Positions 1-10,352 of a DNA stretch of 32,089 nucleotides are shown here, piece by piece (position 1 is the first letter of the stretch; each line of letters begins with the position of its first letter). The notes under the pieces were generated by a model. The model was not told the origin of the DNA. It saw only the letters and a list, made by a program, of their open reading frames with translations, and did no database searches. The position numbers and the translations under genes are program-made. The stretch comes from an uncultured delta proteobacterium (lineage in GTDB: Bacteria > Desulfobacterota > Desulfuromonadia > Geobacterales > DSM-12255): positions 1 to 32,089 of the forward strand of contig CAWBBV010000008.1 in assembly GCA_963787125.1 (NCBI GenBank), given 5' to 3'.

Positions 1-9
1 GCGTTGTAG

Positions 10-762
10 TTAATCTGCTGACGGTTTTTGAGGTCTTGTTTTCTTTCTAAATGACTCTCCTTTCATAGCAATGTGATGAGCCCGGTGTGCCAGTCGGTCC
101 ATTGCCGAATTGGCCATCACCTGATCCGGGAAGAGCGACAGCCAGTCACCTGGCGGACGGTTTGAAGTGATAATTATAGAGCCTCGCTGGTGGCGTTCGG
201 CAATGATTTCATAGAACTCCTCAGCCTGTGGCATGGTCATGGCGCTGAGGCCGAAGTCGTCAATTATCAGAAGGTCCGGAGCGAGGAGTTTTCTCAAGGC
301 TTTCTCCCAAGTGCCGTCAGCCCTTGCTGTGTTGAGGTTTCGAAACAGCTTGGTTCCCTTGATAAACAGGGTGGAATGACCGATGCGACATGCCCGGTTG
401 CCCAGTGCCTGAGCAAGGTGGGTCTTGCCGACTCCTGGCGGGCCGTAAAGAATCACATGCTCTTTTTTCCTGATGAACAGACCGGTCGCTAGATCCTTGA
501 TGGCCGCCACATTGACCCCGGTCAACTGGGCGAACTGAAACTCTTCGATACACTTCGGCTCTTCAAAGGAAGCTTTCTTAAGCCGCTGATTAAGGGTATT
601 CGCTTCCCGGCGTTCAGTCTCATCCTGAACAATCAGTTCCATAAACTCCAGATAACCGAGATTGTTGCTTCGTGCCTGCTCAAGCCGCAGGTCCAGTGAT
701 TCGAGAATGCCGGAGAGTCTGAGCAGCTTCAAGCGGGACGTTAGTAGTGGGGAGATGCTCAT
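10..762 (-). CDS. istB: IS21 helper ATPase IstB
   Basis: Walker A GPPGVGKT, Walker B LLIIDDFG, TSN and DRLAH motifs. ATG overlaps the istA stop (ATGA at 762-759). Confidence 0.95.
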   Translation of the reverse strand: MSISPLLTSRLKLLRLSGILESLDLRLEQARSNNLGYLEFMELIVQDETERREANTLNQRLKKASFEEPKCIEEFQFAQLTGVNVAAIKDLATGLFIRKKEHVILYGPPGVGKTHLAQALGNRACRIGHSTLFIKGTKLFRNLNTARADGTWEKALRKLLAPDLLIIDDFGLSAMTMPQAEEFYEIIAERHQRGSIIITSNRPPGDWLSLFPDQVMANSAMDRLAHRAHHIAMKGESFRKKTRPQKPSAD

Positions 763-2309
763 GCTGCCACCTCCCCGAAACTGGTTGCCGGATGCAGGCA
801 CTGTTCACCTTCAGTGGAAATGGCCGGGACGGTCGGCAACTCCTGTTGCCTGGGGATACCGTTCTCCAGAATCCTTTGCAGGCTCTGTCTTGATGTGGAG
901 CCAAAAGAGAGCAGATGCCGGCAGGCATCATTGAGTTTGGCAGCACCATACTTATCGGCAAATCTGAGGACTGCCTGAGCCTTGCGTAGATTCTGGAGAG
1001 AGTGAGGTTCCAGAACTTCTCGCACCATGCGGCCCACATCTTCGCCGAATGTCTCAGCCTGCTGGCGGCACCAGGTGGGGTGAGCAAAAAGAAACGCCTT
1101 GGCTTTTTCCGGATAATCGTTTTCGTCTGTACGCCATGTGCCGGGTTTGTGTGCCCGAACATGGCACTTGATCAACTCTCCCTCAAGGAAGATCTCGGTC
1201 AAGCGGAAGGTGCCCCGCGCCCAGACTTTTTTGCCCACATATCTGGTCGGAACAGAATAGTAGCTCTTGTCAAAGACCAGATGGTGATCAGGGTGAACTG
1301 TGCACTCTTTCCAGAGTGGGGTCTCGAACCTGCTGCCCGGCAAAGGGATAAGGGTGTTCTTCTCGTCCCGCTCAAAGCGCAGCAGCGGTTCTTCTTTAGT
1401 GGTGCCGTGCTTTTCCTTGCCAATGCCGGTTAGTGACCAGGCAAGCGCCTTTTCGTTGGCGTCGGCAAGATCCTGATACTGCCGCCCGGCAGCCAGCTGC
1501 TGCCGCACCGTGGGCATGGAGCGCTCAACTTTCCCTTTGTGCTCCGGAGTTCTCACTTTGGCCGGATCGGCAACAAAGCCGTAATGCCGCTCTAGTTCTG
1601 CATACGCCCGGTTGATGATCGGGTCATACAGGTCGGCTTTGACAACACCAGCCTTGAGGTTGTCCAAAAGGACGGTTCTGGGGCAACCGCCAAAGAATTC
1701 AAAGGCCCGGATATGACAGTCAAGCCAGTTCGTTGTGTCCTGGCGTTCAACGAAGCGGACAAAGCGATGGCGACTGTAAGAAAGGGTCATGACAAAGGCC
1801 CAGACCCTCTTCTTCTGGTCACCCAGAGTAAGGGCTACCTGACCAAAGTCAACCTGGGCCTGTTCTCCGGCGGATGTTTCCAACCGGACAGTTACTCTCT
1901 GGGAATTATCCGGTTTAAGCTTTTTTACGTATCGTTTGAGACTGGAGTAGTTGAAAGGGTAGCCCTGTTCTTCAAGTAGGCGACAGATCTGCTTGGCAGT
2001 CATATTCGGCTCATCGAGCCAGCTGATTATCTGCTCTTTGTGCAGGCCTATGACCTCCTGCACCGCACCGACAGCAGATGAAGCAGGTTTGGCTGCCTTG
2101 GCTACTGCGGCCATGACGTTCTCCGCAATGGCAGCGGGTGTTTCACCATCTTCTCTGGTAAGACCGGCAGCCTTTGCCGCGTCAAGATACTTTCTGACGG
2201 TTGGCCGGGAAATGCCGAGACTTCTGGCAATTTGACTATTGTTCTGCCCTTTTTGCCAGTGATAGACAACTTCGTTCAATTCGATCATGGGGATTCTCCT
2301 TCGCGACAT
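759..2309 (-). CDS. istA: IS21 DDE transposase IstA
   Basis: N-terminal HTH, QVDFG, DNLK, KGKVER and YYSVP motifs. Confidence 0.95.
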   Translation of the reverse strand: MSRRRIPMIELNEVVYHWQKGQNNSQIARSLGISRPTVRKYLDAAKAAGLTREDGETPAAIAENVMAAVAKAAKPASSAVGAVQEVIGLHKEQIISWLDEPNMTAKQICRLLEEQGYPFNYSSLKRYVKKLKPDNSQRVTVRLETSAGEQAQVDFGQVALTLGDQKKRVWAFVMTLSYSRHRFVRFVERQDTTNWLDCHIRAFEFFGGCPRTVLLDNLKAGVVKADLYDPIINRAYAELERHYGFVADPAKVRTPEHKGKVERSMPTVRQQLAAGRQYQDLADANEKALAWSLTGIGKEKHGTTKEEPLLRFERDEKNTLIPLPGSRFETPLWKECTVHPDHHLVFDKSYYSVPTRYVGKKVWARGTFRLTEIFLEGELIKCHVRAHKPGTWRTDENDYPEKAKAFLFAHPTWCRQQAETFGEDVGRMVREVLEPHSLQNLRKAQAVLRFADKYGAAKLNDACRHLLSFGSTSRQSLQRILENGIPRQQELPTVPAISTEGEQCLHPATSFGEVAA

Positions 2310-2498
2310 AGCAGCTCCTGTCTGGAAATAATTCCATGCAGAATACTGTCATGCTGGTTGGCTCCCCTAAAAAATCCAAAGTGGCAAATAACTCTGGTCC
2401 CGGTATCGACTAAACTGGCAAATTAAGTTGACCCAGGGGGTGGCAAATAACTTTGGTCACACCTTGTCTAAAGTGGAAATTTACCATGGTCCTCGACA

Positions 2499-2730
2499 CA
2501 ACAGAGACTGAATCATCATGAAGTGATAAAAATAATGATGATACAAATTCATAAACTCCTTCAGGGCCAAAGTTTGGACTAGAGCCATGTTGTTGCTTAA
2601 ACTTATTATAATAAGCAACAGTAGTTCGAATGATTGTATCAGAGCTTAACGTTGTAATTGATTTTAAGTAAGTAGCACCAGATTGAGTTTGGTTCATTTG
2701 AACTCCATATTTTTGAACATGTAATCTCAC
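2499..2730 (-). pseudogene. 5' part of an AT-rich hypothetical gene interrupted by the IS21 end
   Basis: ORF 2410..2730 reads across the IS terminus at 2498, so only ~77 codons are non-IS sequence. Confidence 0.4.
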
Positions 2731-2865
2731 CTAACGATTTAAACATTGAAAACTATGACTTACAGTCCGGATCATTGATCTTTTTGCCTTTGTACTTTTA
2801 GGCACAGCATCCATACTTATGCATCCGGCACAGATGATTTAACTTTTTGATTATGCTGCATTCTA

Positions 2866-4007
2866 GTGTTTAGTTGCAATAGTTAATATAAGTATTATAC
2901 TGTCTCCATCCCACTAGAGATGGAGGTGTCATATGCCCAGGGTTGCAATAGCGCTAACTTGTGAGCCCAAGGTCGTGCAAGAGCTAGAGCGCATAAGCAG
3001 AAGCCGGACCGAAGAAATACGCATTGTGGAGCGAGTTAAAATCATACTTTACTGTCTGTCCGGTAAGCGCAATGATGAGGTCGCAGCCGAGCTTGATACG
3101 CAAGCGCTGACTGTGGGCATCTGGCGTAAACGCTTTGCGGCTCATGGTCTTTCGGGTTTATACGACAAACCCCGTTCCGGCAAGCCAGCTAAATATCCAG
3201 CATTAGAGTTAAGGCAGCGCATACTCGCCAAGCTGGAAGAGTCTCCGCCAGCAGGTCTGGCGGCATGGGATGGCGGTGCACTGGCTAAAGCATTGGCGGT
3301 CTCAGATGATGTTGTCTGGCGCATACTGCGTAAAAACGGCATTCAGTTGCGGCGACACCGTTCGTGGTGTGTCAGCACTGATCCTGAATTCTCGGTAAAG
3401 TCAGCCGACATAATCGGCTTATACCTGGCACCGCCACAGAAAGCATTGGTACTCTGTATTGACGAGAAACCATCTATACAGGCCTTGGAGCGGTCAACCG
3501 GTTATGTGCAGACAAGCAGCGGTAAAATTGTTCGCGGCCTGAAGAGCACCTATAAGCGGCATGGCGTCATCAATCTATTTGCAGCACTAGATGTTGCCGC
3601 CGGAACTATCCAGTCGAAAACAACTGTAACTAAAAAACGACCGGACTTTCAGGCGTTTCTCGATGATATAGTGTCAACGGTTCCAGATGGTGAAGATATT
3701 CATGTAATTCTCGACAACTACTGTACACACAAGAAAAATGAAGATTGGCTGGCCTTACATCCCAATGTCCACTTCCACTTTACGCCGACCTCGGCCAGTT
3801 GGCTCAATCAGGTAGAAATATGGTTTGGGATACTTAGCCGTAAAACCTTATCTGGAGCCAGTTTCTCAAGCACGGAACAGTTGACGAATTCAATCGAAGC
3901 ATTTATTGCCAGCTACAACGAAACCGCTTCTCCTTTTGTTTGGCGCAAACGAGAAGTCAGAGGCGCTCAGCTTAGAAATACAATAGCTAACTTATGCAAT
4001 TAAACAC
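2866..4007 (+). mobile_element. IS630-family insertion sequence
   Basis: Inverted ends GTGTTTAGTTGCA / TGCAATTAAACAC. Flanking TA duplication (2864-2865, 4008-4009) in a CTAG context. Confidence 0.95.
2933..4003 (+). CDS. IS630 transposase
   Basis: HTH N-terminus, IDEK, YKRHG, LDNY and SWLNQVEIWF motifs. GGAGG SD upstream. Confidence 0.95.
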   Translation: MPRVAIALTCEPKVVQELERISRSRTEEIRIVERVKIILYCLSGKRNDEVAAELDTQALTVGIWRKRFAAHGLSGLYDKPRSGKPAKYPALELRQRILAKLEESPPAGLAAWDGGALAKALAVSDDVVWRILRKNGIQLRRHRSWCVSTDPEFSVKSADIIGLYLAPPQKALVLCIDEKPSIQALERSTGYVQTSSGKIVRGLKSTYKRHGVINLFAALDVAAGTIQSKTTVTKKRPDFQAFLDDIVSTVPDGEDIHVILDNYCTHKKNEDWLALHPNVHFHFTPTSASWLNQVEIWFGILSRKTLSGASFSSTEQLTNSIEAFIASYNETASPFVWRKREVRGAQLRNTIANLCN

Positions 4008-4141
4008 TAGCTTTTTCAAATCAAGCTTCTTGACCGTTTGTAACCCACTACATTAGAATATACAAGCCATATCATTTCTAATCTGCATATATGGTTACAT
4101 GCAACCCGTAGTTGTATTCTTCTGCACAAGGAAGGTGCGCT

Positions 4142-4483
4142 ATGGGCTTGGTGGATTCCAAAGAGATAGGTAAGCGTATAAGACAATACAGGCAGGATGC
4201 TGGCTTATCACAAGAGGCTCTTGCTGAGTTAGTAGGTGTATCTTTCCAGCAGGTTCAGAAGTACGAGTCAGGACATACTACCCTTAATATCCTTAAGCTC
4301 CAGCATGTATCAGATGCTCTCAAGGTCCAAGTGTCAGACTTCTTTGATGCTACTCCGGTTAAAAATGTAAGGCTTACTGGTGAAGAGGATCAATTGCTAC
4401 AGGCATATAGGAAGGTTAAGAATAGTGAGATGAGAGATTGTATCCTGAAGCTGGTAGGTAATTTGAATAAGAGAGTGAAGTGA
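4142..4483 (+). CDS. XRE/Cro-C1 HTH transcriptional regulator
   Basis: LSQEALAELVGVSFQQVQKYESG helix-turn-helix. GGAAGG SD before the ATG at 4142. Confidence 0.9.
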   Translation: MGLVDSKEIGKRIRQYRQDAGLSQEALAELVGVSFQQVQKYESGHTTLNILKLQHVSDALKVQVSDFFDATPVKNVRLTGEEDQLLQAYRKVKNSEMRDCILKLVGNLNKRVK

Positions 4484-4489
4484 GTTACT

Positions 4490-5206
4490 TTAGCTGCATC
4501 CTAATAATTTCAAGGCTTGATTGCCAATCTGTATTAAATTCATAGCAACTGTAGTCAGATTGTCTGCTCTTGACAAGATGCTCCACAAGGACTTCACTTC
4601 TTCCTTATCCTTGTTTGTGTCAAACAGGCCGTAAAGCCGTAATGTTTTTCCATAACAGTATGCCACTTCATCATGTATACCTTTAGCGCCTCTTATTCTG
4701 TACTCAGATATTGCCCTCCTGATTATTTCAATCTGTTCTAAGATGACAATTTTTAGAACTTCTTGTAAATCACTAGAATGTAGGCGCTCTGCCAATTCAT
4801 GAATATCCTGAGTTAATTTGGTAAGCTCGTCCTCGTCTATTGGTTGTTCATCATATTGAGTTAATGCTTCAGCACAATATTCTAAATTCAACATAGCGGC
4901 TTCATTTAACTGAGACTTGTGGTTGTCCCAAGCTGTATCATAATTCGTTGTTTTAATGACATTTTCTATAATTGGTAGGCGTGATAGATATAATTCAGTT
5001 TTGATCCCATTTATCCCCGTAATTTTAGTCTTAATTTCATCAACTAAATTATGAAGCAGGAAGATGCGTCTAAACAATTCAGATTTATCAGCAGCAGAAA
5101 CATCTAGCACGTTCGCCCACATTTGAAATGTACCCATATTACCAATACTTAAAGCTTGAGTTAAAACATTGTGCAATCTACCTGCAGCGTTATTTCTTGA
5201 TGCCAT
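4490..5206 (-). CDS. Hypothetical helical protein (238 aa)
   Basis: Long AT-rich ORF directly downstream of the R-M gene stop. G-rich SD-like run before the ATG at 5206. No recognised motif. Confidence 0.75.
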   Translation of the reverse strand: MASRNNAAGRLHNVLTQALSIGNMGTFQMWANVLDVSAADKSELFRRIFLLHNLVDEIKTKITGINGIKTELYLSRLPIIENVIKTTNYDTAWDNHKSQLNEAAMLNLEYCAEALTQYDEQPIDEDELTKLTQDIHELAERLHSSDLQEVLKIVILEQIEIIRRAISEYRIRGAKGIHDEVAYCYGKTLRLYGLFDTNKDKEEVKSLWSILSRADNLTTVAMNLIQIGNQALKLLGCS

Positions 5207-5226
5207 AATATACAACCCCCTATTAA

Positions 5227-6053
5227 TCAGACTACAGGCCATCCACCATGATTATCAATTACTGCATCAATATTATTCATCAGCTTCAAAGTTCCTGCTA
5301 ATGCTGAAACAATCTGCTGATAATGTGATAGGTCATCATAAGTAAGCTGTCTGCCCTTGCGATCTTTTAACCACTTATCACAGACCTGATAACCGCCAAT
5401 GCAGAACTCCCATACATATTCAGGAATACCTTCAAAATACTGGGTGCTATTGATCCAGACTCTTCCTTTAACATCATCAAGTGGTTCCTGATAACGTACC
5501 TTTTCCACTGTGTTATCACCTGCAACTGGATAACCAGTTATCTTGGGAGCTTTTGTCTCCATCAGATGCAGATCAACAAGCTGTTGGCCTAATGTGCATA
5601 GTTCTCTGAATAGTTGTGCATTCGAAGTTAATGGTAATCTTGGGAAATCAATTTTCAAGAACTCTGCATATCTGGTTCTGTAGGTTGGTGAGTGGAATAC
5701 AGCATACATATAGTTGAATATATCTTCAGGGCCAATTGTATGCTCTCTGTCTCCTTTGCCATCCTGGATGAACAGCATGGATAACTTGGCTGTAAAGTCT
5801 GCTATGAACTTTGGTGCAATGTTGGGCTTTCGTCCTCCTGGCGCATCGGTCTGTGAATCCATGTCAAATAGAGTGGCTTTGGGTGTTGTGTCTGATGGGT
5901 AGAGGTAAAGTGGAAATACTTGATTAGCCTCACGACTTCTTGTAGAAACTACACAATCATTAGCAGGAACATTTGCGACCCAACTATGCCTGTAACCTAA
6001 TGTACCTTGTTGACGGGAGCTTAATAGGCACAGATTATCTTTACCTGCTACAT
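5227..6053 (-). pseudogene. 3' fragment of a type IIG/ISP-like restriction-modification gene (C-terminal specificity region)
   Basis: IFNYMYAVFHSPTYRTRYAEFLKIDFPRLP and IGGYQVCDKWLKDRK motifs. Joins in frame with 9525..10352 once the IS is removed (ELLDHV-AGKDNL). Confidence 0.88.
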
Positions 6054-6203
6054 TGCGTATTCCGGTGAATCCGACCAAGGAAACTGACGTGATGGCGACC
6101 GGTGTTCCGCTGTGAATCCGACCAGCGTTCCGGCGAAAGCGACCAAGTGGAGTTATAGTCGCAAGGTATGGGGTGTCACAGTCTGTAGCTTAATGCCGAA
6201 TCG

Positions 6204-6968
6204 TCACCATGAGTATCTGATAACTGCGGCGTTGAAAAATATTTTATTTGCATATTCGTCTGCTTTATTTGGGTCATACCCGCCAAAAAACAATCGAATG
6301 CCTGCATCTACTGAGTTACCTGACTTAAGATGTGTTTTTACCCCAATAAAGACATCAAAGAGACCGTCCAAAAATACATTGCCAGAAGGCGATGGTAAAA
6401 AGTCAGCCCGAGTGAAGAAACTATGATTTGACGTAATTGCAGCTTCCCCTTCAATATTGAACAATGGGAATACAATAAAGTTTGTGTCATGAAATGAATC
6501 CGACGTAGTTTTAAAGTTTAAATCAGCATAACGTGCGATGACTGACCCTCCAAGCCGAAGGTAGTTGCCGGTAATATCTGATGAAAGCACGGGATAGTTT
6601 GCTGTTGCCCGAGCTGAATGAAATTGATAGTCAAGGGTTCCATGCTGTCCTGCATGATATACTGTGCCTTTAAAATTGAGGTCATTAGTAAGCGTATCAG
6701 AGTAATGAGCATATAGAGGTTGTAAGACGCCTCCAAAATTCCACCCATCCTTTTTGACCGACCAGAATTCAAAACGTGCGGTTGGCTCAATTGCGTCCCA
6801 GTCCGAAGTCGCATTTTCTTGCTTGTATCCATGAATTTCCATGTTTTTGGTTCCAAGGACACCGGCTTCTACTTCGAATCGATTAATCCTTTCATTCCCA
6901 GCAAAAGCATAACAAGGGGAAGTAAGTAATATGGTGAAAATAACCAGAAAAAATTTATTCATAGTCAT
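6204..6968 (-). CDS. Passenger gene: predicted secreted / outer-membrane beta-barrel protein
   Basis: Signal peptide (MNKFFLVIFTILLTSPCYAFA), alternating amphipathic strands, C-terminal aromatic (VIRYSW). GGAG SD at 6976-6973. Confidence 0.7.
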   Translation of the reverse strand: MTMNKFFLVIFTILLTSPCYAFAGNERINRFEVEAGVLGTKNMEIHGYKQENATSDWDAIEPTARFEFWSVKKDGWNFGGVLQPLYAHYSDTLTNDLNFKGTVYHAGQHGTLDYQFHSARATANYPVLSSDITGNYLRLGGSVIARYADLNFKTTSDSFHDTNFIVFPLFNIEGEAAITSNHSFFTRADFLPSPSGNVFLDGLFDVFIGVKTHLKSGNSVDAGIRLFFGGYDPNKADEYANKIFFNAAVIRYSW

Positions 6969-7008
6969 CTTGCTCCGTTAGTCAGGTTTATTATGGTTTG
7001 TAATAGCA

Positions 7009-7017
7009 ATTATAGCA
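7009..7017 (-). promoter_or_regulatory. Extended -10 element (TGCTATAAT) for the passenger gene
   Basis: Perfect TGnTATAAT about 40 bp upstream of the start codon. Confidence 0.5.
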
Positions 7018-7051
7018 TTCATGTTAAATTGTCACATATCTACTGTTTCGG

Positions 7052-7787
7052 TCAAGTAATTGTCCGTCGCTTCCGCATAGATTCACCCTTCAGCTCGACC
7101 TTGTAGGCATTATGCACCAGCCTATCCAGAATAGCGTCAGCCAGCGTTGGGTCTTGCATGGCATCGTGCCAAGCCTTAATGGGTAACTGACTGGTAACAA
7201 TAGTCGCTTTCCGGTCGTAACGTTCCTCGACGATTTCCAGCAGTTCCCGCTGGTCATCCTGCGAGAGCGGCGAAATGAGCAGGTCATCAAGCACCAGCAC
7301 CTCGCACTTGGTCACCTGAGCCATAAGTTTCTGATAGCGACCATCGTGGCGGGCAATGGGAGATGTCCTGAAGCAATCGTGGCAGTCTCTGGTAGAGAGT
7401 TGTGTGTCCATCCCGGCACGCCTTCTGTGCCAGTGCACAGGCGAGATAACTCTTGCCAGCTCCGGTTGGTCCGGTGATGAGGATATTCTGATGGCTTCGC
7501 ACCCACTGATTCTGGGCAAGGGACATTACCTGTGACCGGTTCATACCTCGTGCATCTCTGAAGTCCAAGTCTTCGATTGATGCCGACAGGCGTAGCTTGG
7601 CAGTTCTCAGTCGATTCTGCATCCTACGGTTCTCCAGTTCTGTCATCTGGTGGTCTACAAGCAGACCAAAGCGTTCCTCAAAGGTGAGGGACGCCATGTC
7701 GGGACGTTGCATCTGCTCAGTGAATGCCTGAGCCATAGCGGTGAGCTTCATTACTTTGAGTTTCTCGATGGTCGGTTGTGTCAGCAT
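7052..7787 (-). pseudogene. istB: IstB ATPase with +1 frameshift
   Basis: GPTGAGKS in one frame and LVLDDL...DRLVHN in another. Removing one base from the GGG at 7358-7360 restores LLQDISIARHDG. Confidence 0.9.
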
Positions 7788-7800
7788 GGGGTTCCTTTGT

Positions 7801-9342
7801 TCATCCGTAATAATCCGTACCACGAATGTTATCGTGGGTAACGGTCAGCAGTTCCTGTTGTTTGGGGAGAGGTTTCTGGTCAAGGTTATTATTCAGAATC
7901 GACTTGATGCTGGCGTAACTAATCCCTTTTATGAACAGGGCACGTTCACAGGCTGCTTCCAGTCGTTCCTTGCCGAACTTTTTACCAAGGGAGATGATTC
8001 CCATACAGGAACGAAAGCCATGTTCCGCATAGGCTCTTCTGGAGAGAATGGATTCTACAACCGCCGCCGTTGCCTTGCCGGTCTGGGATGCCCAGGTGAC
8101 GAGGCGTTCCGGAGTCCACTCAGCATACTCCCGGTGGGCTGTTGGCATATGCTCGGGGTCAGTGGTGTGTTTCCCTTTTACAAACGAGCGAGGATGCGAG
8201 GCGATACGATTTCCCTTATGGAAACACTCCACAGTAGCAGACGTGTAGCGAACATCGACCTGTTCCCGTACCAGTCTGTACGGCACACTGTAGAAATGCC
8301 CTTCCACATCGACATGGTAATCAATGTGCACTCTGGCAATCTTCCATTGGGCATACTGGTAAGGGAGTTCCGGCAGTGGCAGCATTGCCGGACGGTCAAG
8401 TTCCTCGAACCGACTCTTGCGGGTACCGGGAAGTTTCCTGAAGGGACGGTTGTTCAGAAGTTCCAGCCGTTCTTTGATGGCAGCATTCGCTTCTGCCAGA
8501 CTGAAGAAGGTGTGATGTCGTAAACCGGCAAGGATGAACCGCTGCACGAACTGGACACCGGCTTCTACCTTGGGCTTGTCTCGTGGTTTGCGGACACGGG
8601 CGGGAACAACAGCGGTGCCGTAATGAGTCGCCATTTCCTGATAGGTGACATTGATGCCAGGTTCATATCGGCAGGTCTTGGTGACACCAGACAGTAAATT
8701 ATCTGGAACGAGACAATGAGGAACGGCACCGAAGTAGGAGAATGTTCTGACATGTGAACCAGTCCAATCAGCAAGGGACTGGCTCCATGTGGTTTCGGCA
8801 TAGGTGTAGTTGCTGGCTCCCATGACCGCAACAAACACCTGAGCGTCACGTATCTCTCCGGTGCTCGAGTCAACAATCGGAATAGTCTGACCACAGTAGT
8901 CCACGAACATCTTCTCGCCGGCACGATGTTCCTGACGCATGGACAGGTCGAGTTTGCCACGCCAGAACCGGAACAGGTCACAGAACTGACTGTACTGGTA
9001 ACCGGATGGCTCCCGTTCCTTATACTCTTGCCATAGAAGCATCAGCGTCAGGTTCTTGTGGGAGAGTAGTTCGTTATGCAGGGATGCCCAGTCGGGAGGT
9101 GTCCGCCTACTGGTTATGGCACGAGGATGTTGAGGATAGAGAAGGCGTTCCAGCCGTTCATCATCGAGGTCGGCTGGCAAGGGATAGGACAGACCGGCAG
9201 CAGAAGCCCGGTATAGAGTATCGGTGACGGTTGTCTTGCCGATACCGCAACTGTCGGAAATGGATTGTCTGGTCTGATTGCAAGACCAGGCAAGACGGAG
9301 TATCTCTCGGATTTTACGCATAGTAACTCGATTCTGCGGCAT
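7801..9342 (-). CDS. istA: IS21 DDE transposase IstA
   Basis: MRKIREILRL start, FVDYCG, VPDNL, DKPKVE and FYSVPY motifs. Confidence 0.95.
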   Translation of the reverse strand: MPQNRVTMRKIREILRLAWSCNQTRQSISDSCGIGKTTVTDTLYRASAAGLSYPLPADLDDERLERLLYPQHPRAITSRRTPPDWASLHNELLSHKNLTLMLLWQEYKEREPSGYQYSQFCDLFRFWRGKLDLSMRQEHRAGEKMFVDYCGQTIPIVDSSTGEIRDAQVFVAVMGASNYTYAETTWSQSLADWTGSHVRTFSYFGAVPHCLVPDNLLSGVTKTCRYEPGINVTYQEMATHYGTAVVPARVRKPRDKPKVEAGVQFVQRFILAGLRHHTFFSLAEANAAIKERLELLNNRPFRKLPGTRKSRFEELDRPAMLPLPELPYQYAQWKIARVHIDYHVDVEGHFYSVPYRLVREQVDVRYTSATVECFHKGNRIASHPRSFVKGKHTTDPEHMPTAHREYAEWTPERLVTWASQTGKATAAVVESILSRRAYAEHGFRSCMGIISLGKKFGKERLEAACERALFIKGISYASIKSILNNNLDQKPLPKQQELLTVTHDNIRGTDYYG

Positions 9343-9524
9343 TGTGACCTCCTCAAATAAATGAGGGGTACAATACGCTGTTGAGTTACCTTGCGACTAC
9401 AAACTGTTGGTCGGATTCATTCCGGAACGCTGGTCGGATTGCCAGCGGAATGTTGGTCGGTTTCAAATCGGAATAGCGGTCGGTTTCACGCCGGAATCAT
9501 GGTCGGATTCCTCCGGAATATGCA

Positions 9525-10352
9525 TACATGATCCAACAACTCTCGGCGAGGATAATCCATTGAAACCTGACTGAAATAACAGGCTCTATTGTCAAATGGT
9601 CTATAGCTGCAAACTATGAGTTTTGACTCCCAAATCTTATCATCTCTGAGGACTTTCCTCGCAGATGAAATCTGCCAGTCTCTATTGTCCTTAAGATGGT
9701 ATTTATCCTGAAAAGCATCATCTGTAATAGAGACATCATGCATATCTCGTATGCGTTTTAGAATCGTGCTTCTATCAAAATCAACAGCGAAATGATCTCT
9801 ATGCGTCTGGAAACCAAGCACATTAATAGGCATAATATCAGTAACTTTATGCCATGCGTCATACTCAACAGCCAATGTCTTGTTTTGAGGTACAAATAGA
9901 TAAAATGGTGCTTGAGGCTTCAGCTTTAACCATTCAGTAGAAGCAAGATCATTTTCCCATAACCAATGATACTTGCCACCTACAAGCTTATAATCGCTGC
10001 CGGCTTTTTCAAAGACCTCACGTTTTCCCCATAGGTCAGTAAGGTGAACAGTTGCAAGTCCTTCTCTGCTCTTGGTGCGCTTAACAAATATCCCTATTGC
10101 AACTCCCTGCATAATGTCAAAGACATTCTTATCCTCTGTACCATCTGGGCATTTCTCTTTCTTCTTGCTGTTGCCATGGAGATCAACAATATAAATATCA
10201 TCAAAGGTCTGCATTAAGCTCTGACGCATACCTCTAAAAGTAGGGTTATCTAGGTAGCCATTATTACTGATGAAAGCCAGCACACCATATCCTGTTTGTT
10301 CTATGCGCCACTGTGCAAACCTGATGAACTTTACATAATCATCATTCAACCA
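9525..10352 (-). pseudogene. Middle fragment of a type IIG/ISP-like adenine methyltransferase/restriction gene, 5'-truncated
   Basis: WLNDDYVKFIRFAQ, NNGYLDNPTFRGMR, DLHG and NVFDIMQGV motifs. The upstream FxGxG/NPPY region is absent. Confidence 0.85.

Larger units (their letters stand above)
1..2498 (-). mobile_element. IS21-family insertion sequence (other end outside window)
   Basis: istA-istB pair. Terminus reads TGTCGAGGACC... on the minus strand from 2498. About four imperfect subterminal repeats (TGGCAAAT..TGGTC-like) at ~2378-2492, typical of IS21 ends. Confidence 0.9.
6054..9524 (-). mobile_element. IS21-family element with passenger gene (transporter IS)
   Basis: Inverted ends TGCGTATTCCGG (6054) and CCGGAATATGCA (9524). 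Direct repeat TACAT at 6049-6053 and 9525-9529. Multiple subterminal repeats at both ends. Confidence 0.95.

Noticed and set aside
9408..9524. ~22-23-bp tandem repeats resembling a mini-CRISPR or iterons (also 6054-6150 and 2378-2492)
   Set aside because: No unique spacers and no cas genes. These are the standard multiple transposase-binding repeats of IS21 ends.
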